From a virus (Duplodnaviria; Heunggongvirae; Uroviricota; Caudoviricetes): a DNA stretch of 44,545 nt. Location: the IMG/VR virus record IMGVR_UViG_2737471829_000005; one strand, given 5' to 3'. Below, one piece after another: positions 27,735 to 37,492 of this stretch. The notes below the pieces were generated by a model. It ran no database searches, was not told the DNA's origin, and saw only the letters and a list, made by a program, of their open reading frames with translations. The position numbers and the translations under genes were made by a program. How positions within the stretch are numbered: the stretch's first letter is position 1; the number at the start of each line of letters is the position of its first letter.

Positions 27735-29277
27735 TTACCTCAGAAACAGGAGGTGTAATAAGCCCCAACTCACGGCGAGCATTCTCTTCTCTGCCACAGA
27801 TTTGTGCGGTTTCTTCCCAGTTAAGACCTGACATTTCAGCCGCTTCCTTTTCACGGGTAGAGAATGTTTCCTCAACACGCAGTTTTGCAGCTTTAACTTC
27901 TTTAAGGGGATCTAATTGGCCTTGTGATGGGCCATACCATTGGGCACCGCTCCATGCAGCGCGATATTCAGGACCATAAAAAAAACCAGGGGCAATAACA
28001 CGGCCTTTTGCAACGGCTTCGGCCAACCATTCCTCATAGATCGGTTGGCAAAATGACTGAACCATCCAGTCACGTCGCATACGGAACATTTTCCAGGCTT
28101 CAAGTAATGCGGCCCTGCTAGCGCTATAACTTGCTGTAAAATGCTTTACCAAGAGTTCGTAAGGGAGTTCTAAAGCAGCCCCAATTTGACGGCATATGGC
28201 GACAACAAAACCATCAAATGCCGTATTTGGTCGCCCGGGATTTGCTGTATCTATCGACTCACCTTCACCCAAACTTACTATGGAGCCATTCCCCATTTCT
28301 TGGGTGTTATCATCATGGTTATCGATCTGCTCGTACTGAGGGATACCTGATTCACCTACTGGTCCATCAGGAGCGTCTGTTTTAATAAAGACTGTAAACA
28401 TCCCTGACACAACCGCAGCAACCAATTCAGCATCGGTGTATCGTCCTAACTGCTTCAATGCTTCAATTACAGGAGCAAGGACAGGAACGCCACGACGTTG
28501 CCCAGGCCTTTCAAAATCCTGCATGACATGCAGAATATTTCTTCTTCCTGTTTTACTCCCATATGCGGGAATACGTTCCCACTTGCGGGTTACAAAACCA
28601 GAAGTCCCGGCTGGGTGATGTTTTGCAACCCAGTACGCCACAGGCTCGCTAAATTCACCAACCTCTACGCCACCGTAAAGATTTGGTATAAAACGATCCT
28701 CTGGATTGCAAACACGATCACCTTCAATTAAATAGACGCACAAATCATATATAACACCCTTACGCTTAATAACTGGTAGCGCAGCAAATATATCGCCAGA
28801 TGTTAACGCAGATATTTGGACCAATGATTGCAATTGTCCAAAAGTACACATTCTTGATGCATCACAATTTGGAGAATCAGCCCATAATCTAAACTCACGC
28901 TCAACATGCTTTTCCCATGCTCGCGCTTCTTCCTGCGTCATCCCCAAAAAATCGGCATCAATGTTCGCATTTAGTTTTAAACCGGAACCAACAACGTTTG
29001 TCCTGATAGTTTTTATTGCGCCAACCGATAGCGGGTTTCCCATGAAGAGATCACGAGAACGCTCACGCAATTTATCTATATTTTTAACAATATCATCATC
29101 AGGAGAACCAGCTTTACTAAACCAACCCCTTAATGATTTTTTATGAGTGCTTGCACCATGACGTGAATATCCAAGGTTATTAATACCTTCAAGTGCTTCT
29201 AACCGTTTTCTTGCCAAAGCTCGATTTAATGCCCTCTGAGGTGAAAACGGCGCAATAACTCGATCAAGAATATTCAT
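27703..29277 (-). CDS. Portal protein (lambda gpB-like)
   Basis: 524 aa; position between gpW-like and protease genes. Confidence 0.85.
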   Translation of the reverse strand: MNILDRVIAPFSPQRALNRALARKRLEALEGINNLGYSRHGASTHKKSLRGWFSKAGSPDDDIVKNIDKLRERSRDLFMGNPLSVGAIKTIRTNVVGSGLKLNANIDADFLGMTQEEARAWEKHVEREFRLWADSPNCDASRMCTFGQLQSLVQISALTSGDIFAALPVIKRKGVIYDLCVYLIEGDRVCNPEDRFIPNLYGGVEVGEFSEPVAYWVAKHHPAGTSGFVTRKWERIPAYGSKTGRRNILHVMQDFERPGQRRGVPVLAPVIEALKQLGRYTDAELVAAVVSGMFTVFIKTDAPDGPVGESGIPQYEQIDNHDDNTQEMGNGSIVSLGEGESIDTANPGRPNTAFDGFVVAICRQIGAALELPYELLVKHFTASYSASRAALLEAWKMFRMRRDWMVQSFCQPIYEEWLAEAVAKGRVIAPGFFYGPEYRAAWSGAQWYGPSQGQLDPLKEVKAAKLRVEETFSTREKEAAEMSGLNWEETAQICGREENARRELGLITPPVSEVNEQNMETDDA

Positions 29278-29513
29278 AAATCTCTTATCACCACTCGTTT
29301 AATTCGTGGGCCTCGGCGTATACCTGCTGATAATCTTTCTACTTCATTACGCCAGTAATCCATCTCTTTTCTGACTTCTGATAAATCCGCACGAGTTAAC
29401 TGCCGCGTACCAAATTTATATGACTGACCGCCAATAGCAATAGCGCGATATGCTTCCCGCCAGACAGATAACATCTCTCTGGCTTCAGTCAGAGAAAATG
29501 CTTCATTGTTCAT
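29274..29513 (-). CDS. Head-tail joining protein (lambda gpW-like)
   Basis: 79 aa between TerL and portal. Confidence 0.7.
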   Translation of the reverse strand: MNNEAFSLTEAREMLSVWREAYRAIAIGGQSYKFGTRQLTRADLSEVRKEMDYWRNEVERLSAGIRRGPRIKRVVIRDL

Positions 29514-29524
29514 TTATATTTCCT

Positions 29525-31381
29525 CTATATGGTTACGCCTTTACTTATAACTCTACGGCGTCTTCTACGTATACCTGACGAGTTCTGCACATACACATTA
29601 CCTCGCATTTCCTGTTCGGCAAGCCAGTTAAAATTAGGGTTCAGAATTTCCATCGCGGCAGTTGCATAGTTACGGCAATCAAGAGGCTCGTTACGCTCGT
29701 AGACTTTCACCCACTTTTCTTTTGTCTGCCCATTTTTATATTCAAATATTTTTTTCTCTGATAATAGTCCTTTAAAGTATTCAGTATCATATCCTCTGTC
29801 AGAATCTAATGGGAAATGCATATAACCAGGACCAGGATCATGTAGTTTAATTCTTGCCATGATGGTCCCTTTACCATCATCAACCCCCAAATTAAACAAC
29901 ATAGCACCCACACGGTTATTATTACTTGGCTTTCCTATAAATGGTAAACCTACCCCACCACGCCCCCTGATAGAGTATATTCGCCTTGATTCTCTCGGCT
30001 TAGTAAAACGATATACCTCTGTCGTAAAATGCCCACCAGAGTCAATACAAACAGAAGAAATCTGTAATTTTCGACCGTCACGGAATGACCAGCTACGGAG
30101 TAAGTATTCATCAAGTTGTTTCCAGACAACATCTTGTGCGGGATCACCTGGGAATATTTTATATTCTATCCCCCATGACTCCTTACCTTTTCCCCAACCG
30201 ACCAATTCACAAACTAAATACGTGTCCTGTACGTCAACACCAGCACTTAACAATAAAACATCATCTGGTAAAAACTCTTCAAACCTTATTCTGCGTTGCA
30301 ACAAGTATTCAGGATCGATATCGTCTTTAGCATCCTCTTTCCATGGCTCACCCAGCTTAAGGTTAATAAACTCCATTAATCCATTTTTATCGCGGTTTCT
30401 GGTTGCTTCCGTAAATTCTTCAACCAGCTCTGACAATGCAACCCACGGGGAGTAAAGACTGTTAATATGAAAACCAACAATACCTTTAACTCCAGTATGT
30501 TCAGCTATCCATACCCCCTTTGCCAACCAATCAACGTCTGGTTTACCAGATCCGCGCATAATCCCGCCGCACTCACAGCACTCATATCTGGCCGTTTCCG
30601 GTAACGCCTCACCTGAATCGCTCTTATCCCATCTGACTTGCGACCATTTCATCACCTGCATGGTGCCACAACATGGACAAGGAACATGGTAGTAACGCTG
30701 ATCGGAGAGCTTAAACCACTTGTGGATTTTGCTCGTTTCCTCCAAAACAGGAGTAGAAACAAAAACTTTCTTACGATTATGAAAGTTGGTAGTACGCTGA
30801 ATACCTAGTTTTAGTGGGTCGCCCTCCTGCGTCACACCATAACGATCAATCTCATCAGCTAACAGTATTCGAATTGGCCTGGATGCAAGACCTGCTGGGG
30901 AATTAGCACCAACAAGTGCTATATATCCACCAGCGTAATGCTTCATACGTATAGTCGTGCTGGACTTTTTGGCTGCACCGCGCCCCTCTTTCCCTTCATG
31001 CAGCTTGTGTTTCAAACCAGGGGAATATTTGAACGTCGGATCAATACGCTCCTTTGAAAAAGCCTCAGCCGCCTCTACCGTTGGATAAATCATCAACTGA
31101 GGAGATGGCTCCTGATCTGCAAAGTAACCCATAACATTTAGCTGTAATTCGGATTTACCAATTTGCGAGCTACATTGCATCACTACTGTTTCTGTATCAG
31201 CGTCACCAATAACATCCATTGGTTCACGCAAATATGGCACTCGGCTTGTACGCCACGGCCCTGGCTCTGGAGACGTTCCCGGCGCTACATGACGATACTT
31301 ATCAGCCCATTCGGAAACAGTTAGCCGTGATTTAGGGCGAAGCGCACGGAAAAAAGCGGTGCTCCATACTGTTTCGCCCAT
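29525..31381 (-). CDS. Terminase large subunit (lambda gpA-like)
   Basis: 618 aa; Cys-cluster region CPCCGT...CCECG and ATPase/nuclease architecture. Confidence 0.9.
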   Translation of the reverse strand: MGETVWSTAFFRALRPKSRLTVSEWADKYRHVAPGTSPEPGPWRTSRVPYLREPMDVIGDADTETVVMQCSSQIGKSELQLNVMGYFADQEPSPQLMIYPTVEAAEAFSKERIDPTFKYSPGLKHKLHEGKEGRGAAKKSSTTIRMKHYAGGYIALVGANSPAGLASRPIRILLADEIDRYGVTQEGDPLKLGIQRTTNFHNRKKVFVSTPVLEETSKIHKWFKLSDQRYYHVPCPCCGTMQVMKWSQVRWDKSDSGEALPETARYECCECGGIMRGSGKPDVDWLAKGVWIAEHTGVKGIVGFHINSLYSPWVALSELVEEFTEATRNRDKNGLMEFINLKLGEPWKEDAKDDIDPEYLLQRRIRFEEFLPDDVLLLSAGVDVQDTYLVCELVGWGKGKESWGIEYKIFPGDPAQDVVWKQLDEYLLRSWSFRDGRKLQISSVCIDSGGHFTTEVYRFTKPRESRRIYSIRGRGGVGLPFIGKPSNNNRVGAMLFNLGVDDGKGTIMARIKLHDPGPGYMHFPLDSDRGYDTEYFKGLLSEKKIFEYKNGQTKEKWVKVYERNEPLDCRNYATAAMEILNPNFNWLAEQEMRGNVYVQNSSGIRRRRRRVISKGVTI

Positions 31382-31386
31382 GAGGT

Positions 31387-31947
31387 TTATTCTTCCTGCT
31401 TAATAAATCGGGATTCCTGGAGCGCCTGGAGCGCAAAATTAATCTCGTCTTCAATAATGCGTTCGATCTCCCTAGCTGTTTTGCCTTCACAACGGGGAGC
31501 TGCTCTTGGAGCAATACTAAATAAGCGGCTACGCAATTCATTAGCTGCCAGAAATGCATCATCCCTGACCGCATCTTTAGCGATGAGAGAGCCTTCCTTT
31601 TCTTCAAATTCAAGGCGTTTCAGCTTTGCCTGATAAATTTTTTCTGCGGTCTTAGCCTTGTTGAATTGCACCGCAACACCGGAAGTACCACCAGCTAATC
31701 CGGCATCATCAGCGGGTAACTCTGGTTGTTCCGAAGATATCCCATGCCCTCTTTTTCCGTTTTCAGCAGATACCTCACGACCAACCTGTCGGCTCGCTTC
31801 ATAAGCCGCACTTGCTTTATCAAAATCCAGCTTGCCGCTTTTCAGCACTGGAATGCGACCGGAACGACAGAGCTTCGTAACCATTGCCGGAGAAATACCT
31901 TTCCGGCGGGCAAACTCTGACTTACTGACGATGGCCATTACTTGCAA
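31387..31947 (-). CDS. Terminase small subunit (Nu1-like, N-terminal HTH)
   Basis: 186 aa; N-terminal HTH SKSEFARRKGISPAMVTKL; immediately upstream of TerL. Confidence 0.75.
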   Translation of the reverse strand: MQVMAIVSKSEFARRKGISPAMVTKLCRSGRIPVLKSGKLDFDKASAAYEASRQVGREVSAENGKRGHGISSEQPELPADDAGLAGGTSGVAVQFNKAKTAEKIYQAKLKRLEFEEKEGSLIAKDAVRDDAFLAANELRSRLFSIAPRAAPRCEGKTAREIERIIEDEINFALQALQESRFIKQEE

Positions 31948-32528
31948 CCATTAGCAAGATACTGAACAAATCCCTCATGCGTTTCATGCGCGTCGTGGTA
32001 CTGACGATAAACATCCAGCAACAATGCAATTTCCATATCCGTCGCGGGAATACGTTCTTTATCAATAGCCAGGTACTTAATTTGAACAACAGGGGAAGAA
32101 TTATCGTCTTCTTCCTGCGGCTGTTCATCGCTTAACATTTCGTCAAGCTCTGCATCATTAAACCCAAGCAGATCAATATCAAAATCATCATCCATTAACT
32201 CTTTGACTTCTTCGGCCAGAAGCTGCATATCCCAGCCAGCATTTAAGGCCAGCTTGTTATCTGCAATCCTGTAAGCCTTCTTCTGTTTTTCAGAAAGGTT
32301 ACTCAACCGAATCGCCGGAACTTTATCCATTTCAAGAATTTCGGCTGCTGCAAGCCGACCATGCCCCGCAATCAGTTCATTCTTTTCATCGATCAGCACA
32401 GGATTAGTGAAACCGAACTCACGGATACTGTTCACCAACTGTTCAACCTGCTCATCTGAATGAGTCCGTGAATTTTTGGCGTATCTGAGCAGCTTACCGA
32501 CTGGTAAATATTCGATTTTTAGAGCCAT
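31938..32528 (-). CDS. ParB/Srx-like N-terminal domain protein (paralogue of 35195-35818)
   Basis: 196 aa; GHGR motif AGHGRLAAA; full-length paralogy with the third ParB-like protein. Confidence 0.75.
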   Translation of the reverse strand: MALKIEYLPVGKLLRYAKNSRTHSDEQVEQLVNSIREFGFTNPVLIDEKNELIAGHGRLAAAEILEMDKVPAIRLSNLSEKQKKAYRIADNKLALNAGWDMQLLAEEVKELMDDDFDIDLLGFNDAELDEMLSDEQPQEEDDNSSPVVQIKYLAIDKERIPATDMEIALLLDVYRQYHDAHETHEGFVQYLANGCK

Positions 32529-33085
32529 TTTTTAACCGCCATAACACAACAGGTTAAAGAAAACTGTTTAACTTATTGATACTAAAAGAGAAAAATGACG
32601 ATCTTTTTACTCATAAAAAATCACACAAACCAGCATAATCATCTGATTTTATTAAGTTTTTATAAGTGAAAAGGATCTTGAGATGGTGTTTTGGTTAAAA
32701 GATTGGATGTATTTGCATGATTTATAACGATTTTTATCAGAACAACATCACATTGGTTAAAGATCTGCGCGTATCTTGATGATCTAAAAGAAAATTCTCT
32801 ACTTTCTTTTCACCATCACAAGCACAGCAAAAAATCACGTTTTCCCAATATTTTTCAATGAGATGGGTAAATTTCTTTTACCGCAACTTTTAACCTAACT
32901 TTTTTCACGTTTAGCTAGCCGAATATCGGGGTTCGAATGACCCGCATCCAACGCTTTTGGCCAGAAGGACCCAATTCTGCCGGACGATGAAACGATGCTC
33001 GTGCTCCCCCACAGACAGCCAGCGAGCGACGCTACAGAACACAGTGAATACACCCTGCATAACAACACCATCAACCACACGATGA
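32529..33085. other. AT-rich ORF-free intergenic region with four GATC sites upstream of the packaging genes; candidate late promoter or packaging-site region
   Basis: No credible ORF; GATC at 32600, 32674, 32762 and 32781. Confidence 0.3.
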
Positions 33086-33805
33086 TTAACGAGAGAACGT
33101 CTTAGAAAGGATGTCATCAATAGCCTTTGTGACTTCATCAGCAAACGCATCCTCACCAGCACGCAGCGCCACGCCATGCCAATCAAGACGCTGCGAATAG
33201 TTAGGTTGCTGGATGAACGTAAGGATCAACGTAGGACGCCGCCCAACGCGCTGCCAGACGCCTGGTTGAAGCGGGTTACTTGTACCAGGTCGAACAACAA
33301 AAAACTCCGTAGGCTTGCCCTGACGGCGATTTTGATGCGCATCTCGCTGAACTCTTAGGCCAGATAAGACCTGCTGTAATTGCCCCCGCGAAATATTCCC
33401 GTATTTGTCCAGCTTTGCGCCGGGACCAGGAGCAAGCTGCCAGCCGTTAGGCAAATATCCACCAGCCCTTAGCGCCCCTTCTGAGCGTTTGTACTGTCGT
33501 TGGCCACCTTCGATTTGCGGAGTCAACGTTACAGGGGCTGGCGTTCCTCCCCATTCACGAGCATACACAATGGCTGTAGGATCACTCTTCTTTGCGGCCA
33601 AAACGTAAGTAGAGTTCTGAATCCACGGCGTGGGCCTGTCAAATACCCGATTAATTTCATTCTTAATCGCAGCCTGAGAAGCCTTTGCCGTTCTGGTTGC
33701 CGCAAGCGCCATTGCGAACGGCAATTCGCGTTCTTCAAGGCGCTGGAGTTGTCGTTGAATATCCTGAGAAGAAAAATCCATCTTTATCTCAATTCTGTCA
33801 GCCAC
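33086..33805 (-). CDS. Hypothetical protein (239 aa)
   Basis: Long ORF downstream of the ParB-methyltransferase fusion. Confidence 0.55.
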   Translation of the reverse strand: MADRIEIKMDFSSQDIQRQLQRLEERELPFAMALAATRTAKASQAAIKNEINRVFDRPTPWIQNSTYVLAAKKSDPTAIVYAREWGGTPAPVTLTPQIEGGQRQYKRSEGALRAGGYLPNGWQLAPGPGAKLDKYGNISRGQLQQVLSGLRVQRDAHQNRRQGKPTEFFVVRPGTSNPLQPGVWQRVGRRPTLILTFIQQPNYSQRLDWHGVALRAGEDAFADEVTKAIDDILSKTFSR

Positions 33806-33821
33806 CAGCGCCTCCTACACA

Positions 33822-35201
33822 CTACTTAATCAACGGCCGGAAAGCCGCCAGCACATCATCAGATCGTCCGATTGTTGAACCACCAGGCAACGGCAACTCA
33901 AACTCAAAACGAACAGCTTTCTCCAGACTCGCCCAACTAAGGGAATCATCGTTAATGACGTGCAAATACCAGCTCTTACAGTTGAATATTGACCGCTTAA
34001 TCCTGAAACCATGTACACAACACAACTGCTTCACTTCATCATCAGAGTGAAACTTCTGGTAAAACCAGTGCCCCTTCCGGTACAACGCGGTAAAACCGTT
34101 ATGATCAATAAAATAAAGCCGGCTTTTGGAACTCGCCGCTTGTGTTTGCTTCAGGACTGTTTCCAGCTCTCCACGGCTACGACCAGAAAAGAATATTGAC
34201 CCACCAGCTTTACACAGGCCTTTCAGAACCGTCAGAACGGACCATTCAGCCTCAACACTATCGACCGAGTTCAAAACGCTATCGCAAATCACGTAGTCGT
34301 AACGCCCTCGCGTTTTTAAGTCGTCCACCAGCGTATCAATCATCCGGTTTGTTGCGGTCCTATCCAGAGTGTTTCCAGCGCCCTTACGGCGGAAAAGCTC
34401 GAGATCATGCAGGTTATATCCCTTTGCCCTGAGCATTCGCGCGTAGTCTCCCTGCCCCGAACCAAAATCAATTCCTCTTGGAGTCTTGGCAATGATCGGG
34501 AGGATCAACGACTCATACAGGTTTGATTTCAGGCTGCCACCATTACGCAACCGCATAAGCTGCGCATACGTCTGGATGTATGTTGTTTTCTCCAGATGAG
34601 AATACTCAAATACACCATAAGTTTTATTCAGATAACTTTGGTATTTTTCCTTCTCAACATCAGGGATCACAAACACCGTTAGCGGTGTGCGCGTCATCTT
34701 CGCTGCTAATGCATACTGAGCACAGTGAATAACCTCGCCAGACTGAGTAGCAACACAACCACCCCACGGACCATACTTGATAACCAGTTCCGCTATGTTC
34801 TTTCGAACATATGCCATTTTCGCGCGCATATTGCCTGAGATCTGGCTTGCCGATACCTGAACAAAACCATGCTTATCTTCCAGACCGGACACCCTGCAAC
34901 GCTCATCTCCGCTATCAAAATCCGTTCCGTTATGCAGTTGGTTAAACCGTACTTCGTCGTATACCGTCGTTTCACAGGGCAACACATACACCGCAGCACG
35001 CGTTATTCCCAACTTACGTAGCGCCTTCGTCCTTTGGTGTCCCGCCACCAGCAAATCGCCGCGCACTATCAATGGCTTCACAAGCCCTAGCTCCCTGACG
35101 CTTTCCGCCAGCCTCGCAAGATCATCCTCACCGATAAAACGCGGGTTATATTCCGCACCGCGTAGGTGCGTTATGTCGTAATTGAGGTGAAGCATCAGCA
35201 C
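33822..35201 (-). CDS. Fusion protein: N-terminal ParB/Srx-like domain plus C-terminal class I SAM-dependent methyltransferase
   Basis: 459 aa; N-terminal GHQRTKA; C-terminal IDFGSGQG and YDYVICDSVL Rossmann motifs; no DPPY-type amino-methyltransferase motif seen. Confidence 0.7.
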   Translation of the reverse strand: MLMLHLNYDITHLRGAEYNPRFIGEDDLARLAESVRELGLVKPLIVRGDLLVAGHQRTKALRKLGITRAAVYVLPCETTVYDEVRFNQLHNGTDFDSGDERCRVSGLEDKHGFVQVSASQISGNMRAKMAYVRKNIAELVIKYGPWGGCVATQSGEVIHCAQYALAAKMTRTPLTVFVIPDVEKEKYQSYLNKTYGVFEYSHLEKTTYIQTYAQLMRLRNGGSLKSNLYESLILPIIAKTPRGIDFGSGQGDYARMLRAKGYNLHDLELFRRKGAGNTLDRTATNRMIDTLVDDLKTRGRYDYVICDSVLNSVDSVEAEWSVLTVLKGLCKAGGSIFFSGRSRGELETVLKQTQAASSKSRLYFIDHNGFTALYRKGHWFYQKFHSDDEVKQLCCVHGFRIKRSIFNCKSWYLHVINDDSLSWASLEKAVRFEFELPLPGGSTIGRSDDVLAAFRPLIK

Positions 35202-35818
35202 ACCTCCCCAGCCAGCAATGCGGATACAAATCCGATATAGCTGCCATTATCATCAACATAACGAGACACCGCGCAGTCAAAACGATCCGCTTCCTCATCC
35301 GTTGCCGGGATTTTATGACCTCCAAATGACAGGTACTGAACTTTTACGCCTGATTTGGCCTCATCCTTCTCAAATGGGATATCCATACCCTCTGTGTCAT
35401 CGTAGACCGCCGCACTCAATAAGTTATCCAGTTCGCGCTGAGTAAAACCAATTGAGTCCAGAGCAAAATCATCGGCCGCAAGATCTGCAAGCTCCGCGCT
35501 TAACAACTCTTCATCCCAACCAGCATTCAGCGGAATACGGTTGTCGGCCAGACGATATGCCTTCTTCTGATTCTCCGTTAGCCCTTCCAGAACAATGCAG
35601 GGAACATCATCCATCCCCAACTGAGTGGCCGCAGCAATTCGACCATGACCAGCAATTACAACGTTGTTCTCGTCTATCAGGATCGGATTAGTCCATCCGT
35701 ACTCCTGTATGCTGGCAACAATCTGATCTACCTGCTCCACGGAGTGTGTGCGAGCGTTCTTTTCATAACCAATCAACACAGAAAGTGGTAAAGAAACCAC
35801 ATTAAGATGTTTTGTCAT
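35195..35818 (-). CDS. ParB/Srx-like N-terminal domain protein (paralogue of 31938-32528)
   Basis: 207 aa; AGHGRIAAA; conserved C-terminal IPATDEE block shared with its paralogue. Confidence 0.75.
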   Translation of the reverse strand: MTKHLNVVSLPLSVLIGYEKNARTHSVEQVDQIVASIQEYGWTNPILIDENNVVIAGHGRIAAATQLGMDDVPCIVLEGLTENQKKAYRLADNRIPLNAGWDEELLSAELADLAADDFALDSIGFTQRELDNLLSAAVYDDTEGMDIPFEKDEAKSGVKVQYLSFGGHKIPATDEEADRFDCAVSRYVDDNGSYIGFVSALLAGEVC

Positions 35819-35963
35819 GCCGTTTATCCGCTAAAATCCCCTCGCTTGTGCAAGCAAGTGGGCCTCGGTTTGTATCCACGGCACCCTGTGGGTATGAATG
35901 ACTGTCGTCAGGTCGCAACTGACGGCGGTCGCCCACCTTCCAGTAATAAAAAAGCCACCAGCA

Positions 35964-35989
35964 TTAACTCCACAGCGAGCTGGAGTTAA
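35964..35989. promoter_or_regulatory. 9-bp inverted repeat ttaactcca-N8-tggagttaa upstream of the ParB-like/late gene block
   Basis: Perfect palindrome in the 235-bp intergenic region. Confidence 0.35.
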
Positions 35990-36052
35990 TGAGGCAGCTT
36001 TGGTTTGCGCATTATCGCAGCCCCTGGTAAGCACAAGAGCTGCTGTAATGCT

Positions 36053-36084
36053 AAAAAAACAAAACCACCCGCAGGTGGTTTTAT
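36053..36084. terminator. Bidirectional intrinsic terminator at the end of accessory operon B
   Basis: aaaaccacc-cgca-ggtggtttt. Confidence 0.6.
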
Positions 36085-36110
36085 AAATAAATAGCAAACA
36101 GGTATCTGCA

Positions 36111-36518
36111 CTAATCAGATAAACCAAACTTCTTCTTTGCCAATGACTTGAGAAGTTCTACACCAACATCCTTCATAACAGCCAATGGCTCATTGCTAAT
36201 TTCTTTTAGTCTAGCGAAAACATCTTTGCTCTCTAGTGCACAGGCAAAATCCTGTCCCTCTGTAGTCAATCTAATATCTACATCAACAGTCCTCATTCCT
36301 GCAAAAAAATTAACATAGCCAAGACGCAGAGGATCACGCGTTTCCATCTTCATATTGCTGATAAAACCTTGCTCAATCAATTGCATATAATGAAACATGC
36401 CCTTTTCTGAGGCTATATCAAACCCCGCATCTCTTAGTTGATTTACTGTTATGAACGTGCTTTCTGAATCCAAAAACACAGTCAGCATCTTTTTTAGATA
36501 ATCTAGATCGGTGCGCAT
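36111..36518 (-). CDS. Hypothetical protein (about 135 aa)
   Basis: ATG at 36518 with AAGGAGG RBS. Confidence 0.55.
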   Translation of the reverse strand: MRTDLDYLKKMLTVFLDSESTFITVNQLRDAGFDIASEKGMFHYMQLIEQGFISNMKMETRDPLRLGYVNFFAGMRTVDVDIRLTTEGQDFACALESKDVFARLKEISNEPLAVMKDVGVELLKSLAKKKFGLSD

Positions 36519-36604
36519 TTTACCCTCCTTAAATGGAACGCAAATGTTACACAACCTTTAAAAAAGACACATTGTTTTATTTATGCCTCATTTTAATCGA
36601 CCAA

Positions 36605-36757
36605 TTACTGCCTAAATTTATCAATCAATAATTGCTCCCGCTTACGCCGAAAAGCTCTCTGCGCCACTAAGATGCGCCACAGAACACCAGCGATAACCAC
36701 CAGCGAGATACAAAAACACACGGCCACAACCATCAGAAAAATGCCAACACCATTCAT
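36605..36757 (-). CDS. Small membrane protein (50 aa; MNGVGIFLMVVAVCFCISLVVIAGVLW...)
   Basis: Not in the ORF track (under 60 aa); ATGA overlap with the upstream ORF; single transmembrane segment and basic C-terminus. Confidence 0.4.
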   Translation of the reverse strand: MNGVGIFLMVVAVCFCISLVVIAGVLWRILVAQRAFRRKREQLLIDKFRQ

Positions 36758-36960
36758 GAAACTATCCATTCTTCAATGAATATCTCCAGTAATGTCAAGA
36801 GATACGCCATCCCCAGCGCGGTTCCTACCGATATAGCTAAGACAAACCTCAAAGATAACGAGGTGTCTTTCGCTTTTCTCCAGACGTAAGCGCCAGCCAG
36901 AAATACCAACAAATCTCTTATTGGAAGCGGAAACCAGAACAAATCACTCGGCAAGTCCAC
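36754..36960 (-). CDS. Small membrane protein (68 aa)
   Basis: Two hydrophobic segments; coupled to neighbours. Confidence 0.45.
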   Translation of the reverse strand: MDLPSDLFWFPLPIRDLLVFLAGAYVWRKAKDTSLSLRFVLAISVGTALGMAYLLTLLEIFIEEWIVS

Positions 36961-36962
36961 GG

Positions 36963-37418
36963 TTATATCCTTCCATTCATTTTTATCGGATGACCAGATA
37001 GCCTTACGCAGTTGAGCTGTAAAGCTCCGGTATCAACTAACTGATCAACTAACATGATTAGAGCTTCATATTCAGACTGATAGCTAACCTGACGCATTCG
37101 ACCGCCGTTGTTCTCCAGAATGTCGGCCACCTTTGCAGCCAACTCGCTTAGACAGGAGAACTTATTCCCATATATCGTTTTATACTCGCGCTTCTGGCAT
37201 TCTTCGGCTTGCGGCTGGTTATCGAGAGCTATCAGCGACCGATGGCTATCAAGGAAGTCCACAATCTCATTCAGGCACTCTTTGGCTGCCTCATCGTGAC
37301 TTTTTCCGTATGCTTCATGGAGGACTTTCATCCTCATCATTGCTCCGTCACACATAATCGAAAGCGCGTAAAGCACATCACTAATCGCCATTTCTTTTTT
37401 GGTGCTTGTCGAAGGCAT
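36963..37418 (-). CDS. Hypothetical protein (151 aa)
   Basis: ATG at 37418 with AAGGAGA RBS, just after an internal terminator. Confidence 0.55.
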   Translation of the reverse strand: MPSTSTKKEMAISDVLYALSIMCDGAMMRMKVLHEAYGKSHDEAAKECLNEIVDFLDSHRSLIALDNQPQAEECQKREYKTIYGNKFSCLSELAAKVADILENNGGRMRQVSYQSEYEALIMLVDQLVDTGALQLNCVRLSGHPIKMNGRI

Positions 37419-37443
37419 CCCATGTTCTCCTTTGTCTGGATGT

Positions 37444-37469
37444 AAAAAAGCCCCGGCAATTGCCGAGGC
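37444..37469 (-). terminator. Intrinsic terminator inside operon B, between its first and second genes
   Basis: Minus-sense gcctcggc-aauu-gccggggc (8-bp stem) followed by U6. Confidence 0.6.
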
Positions 37470-37492
37470 TCGTTGTTCGTTATCGTTACGGT

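Noticed and set aside
32895-32960. T-loop-like GGTTCGAAT suggesting a second tRNA
   Set aside because: No acceptor stem, D-arm or anticodon arm can be built around it. It is probably a chance match.
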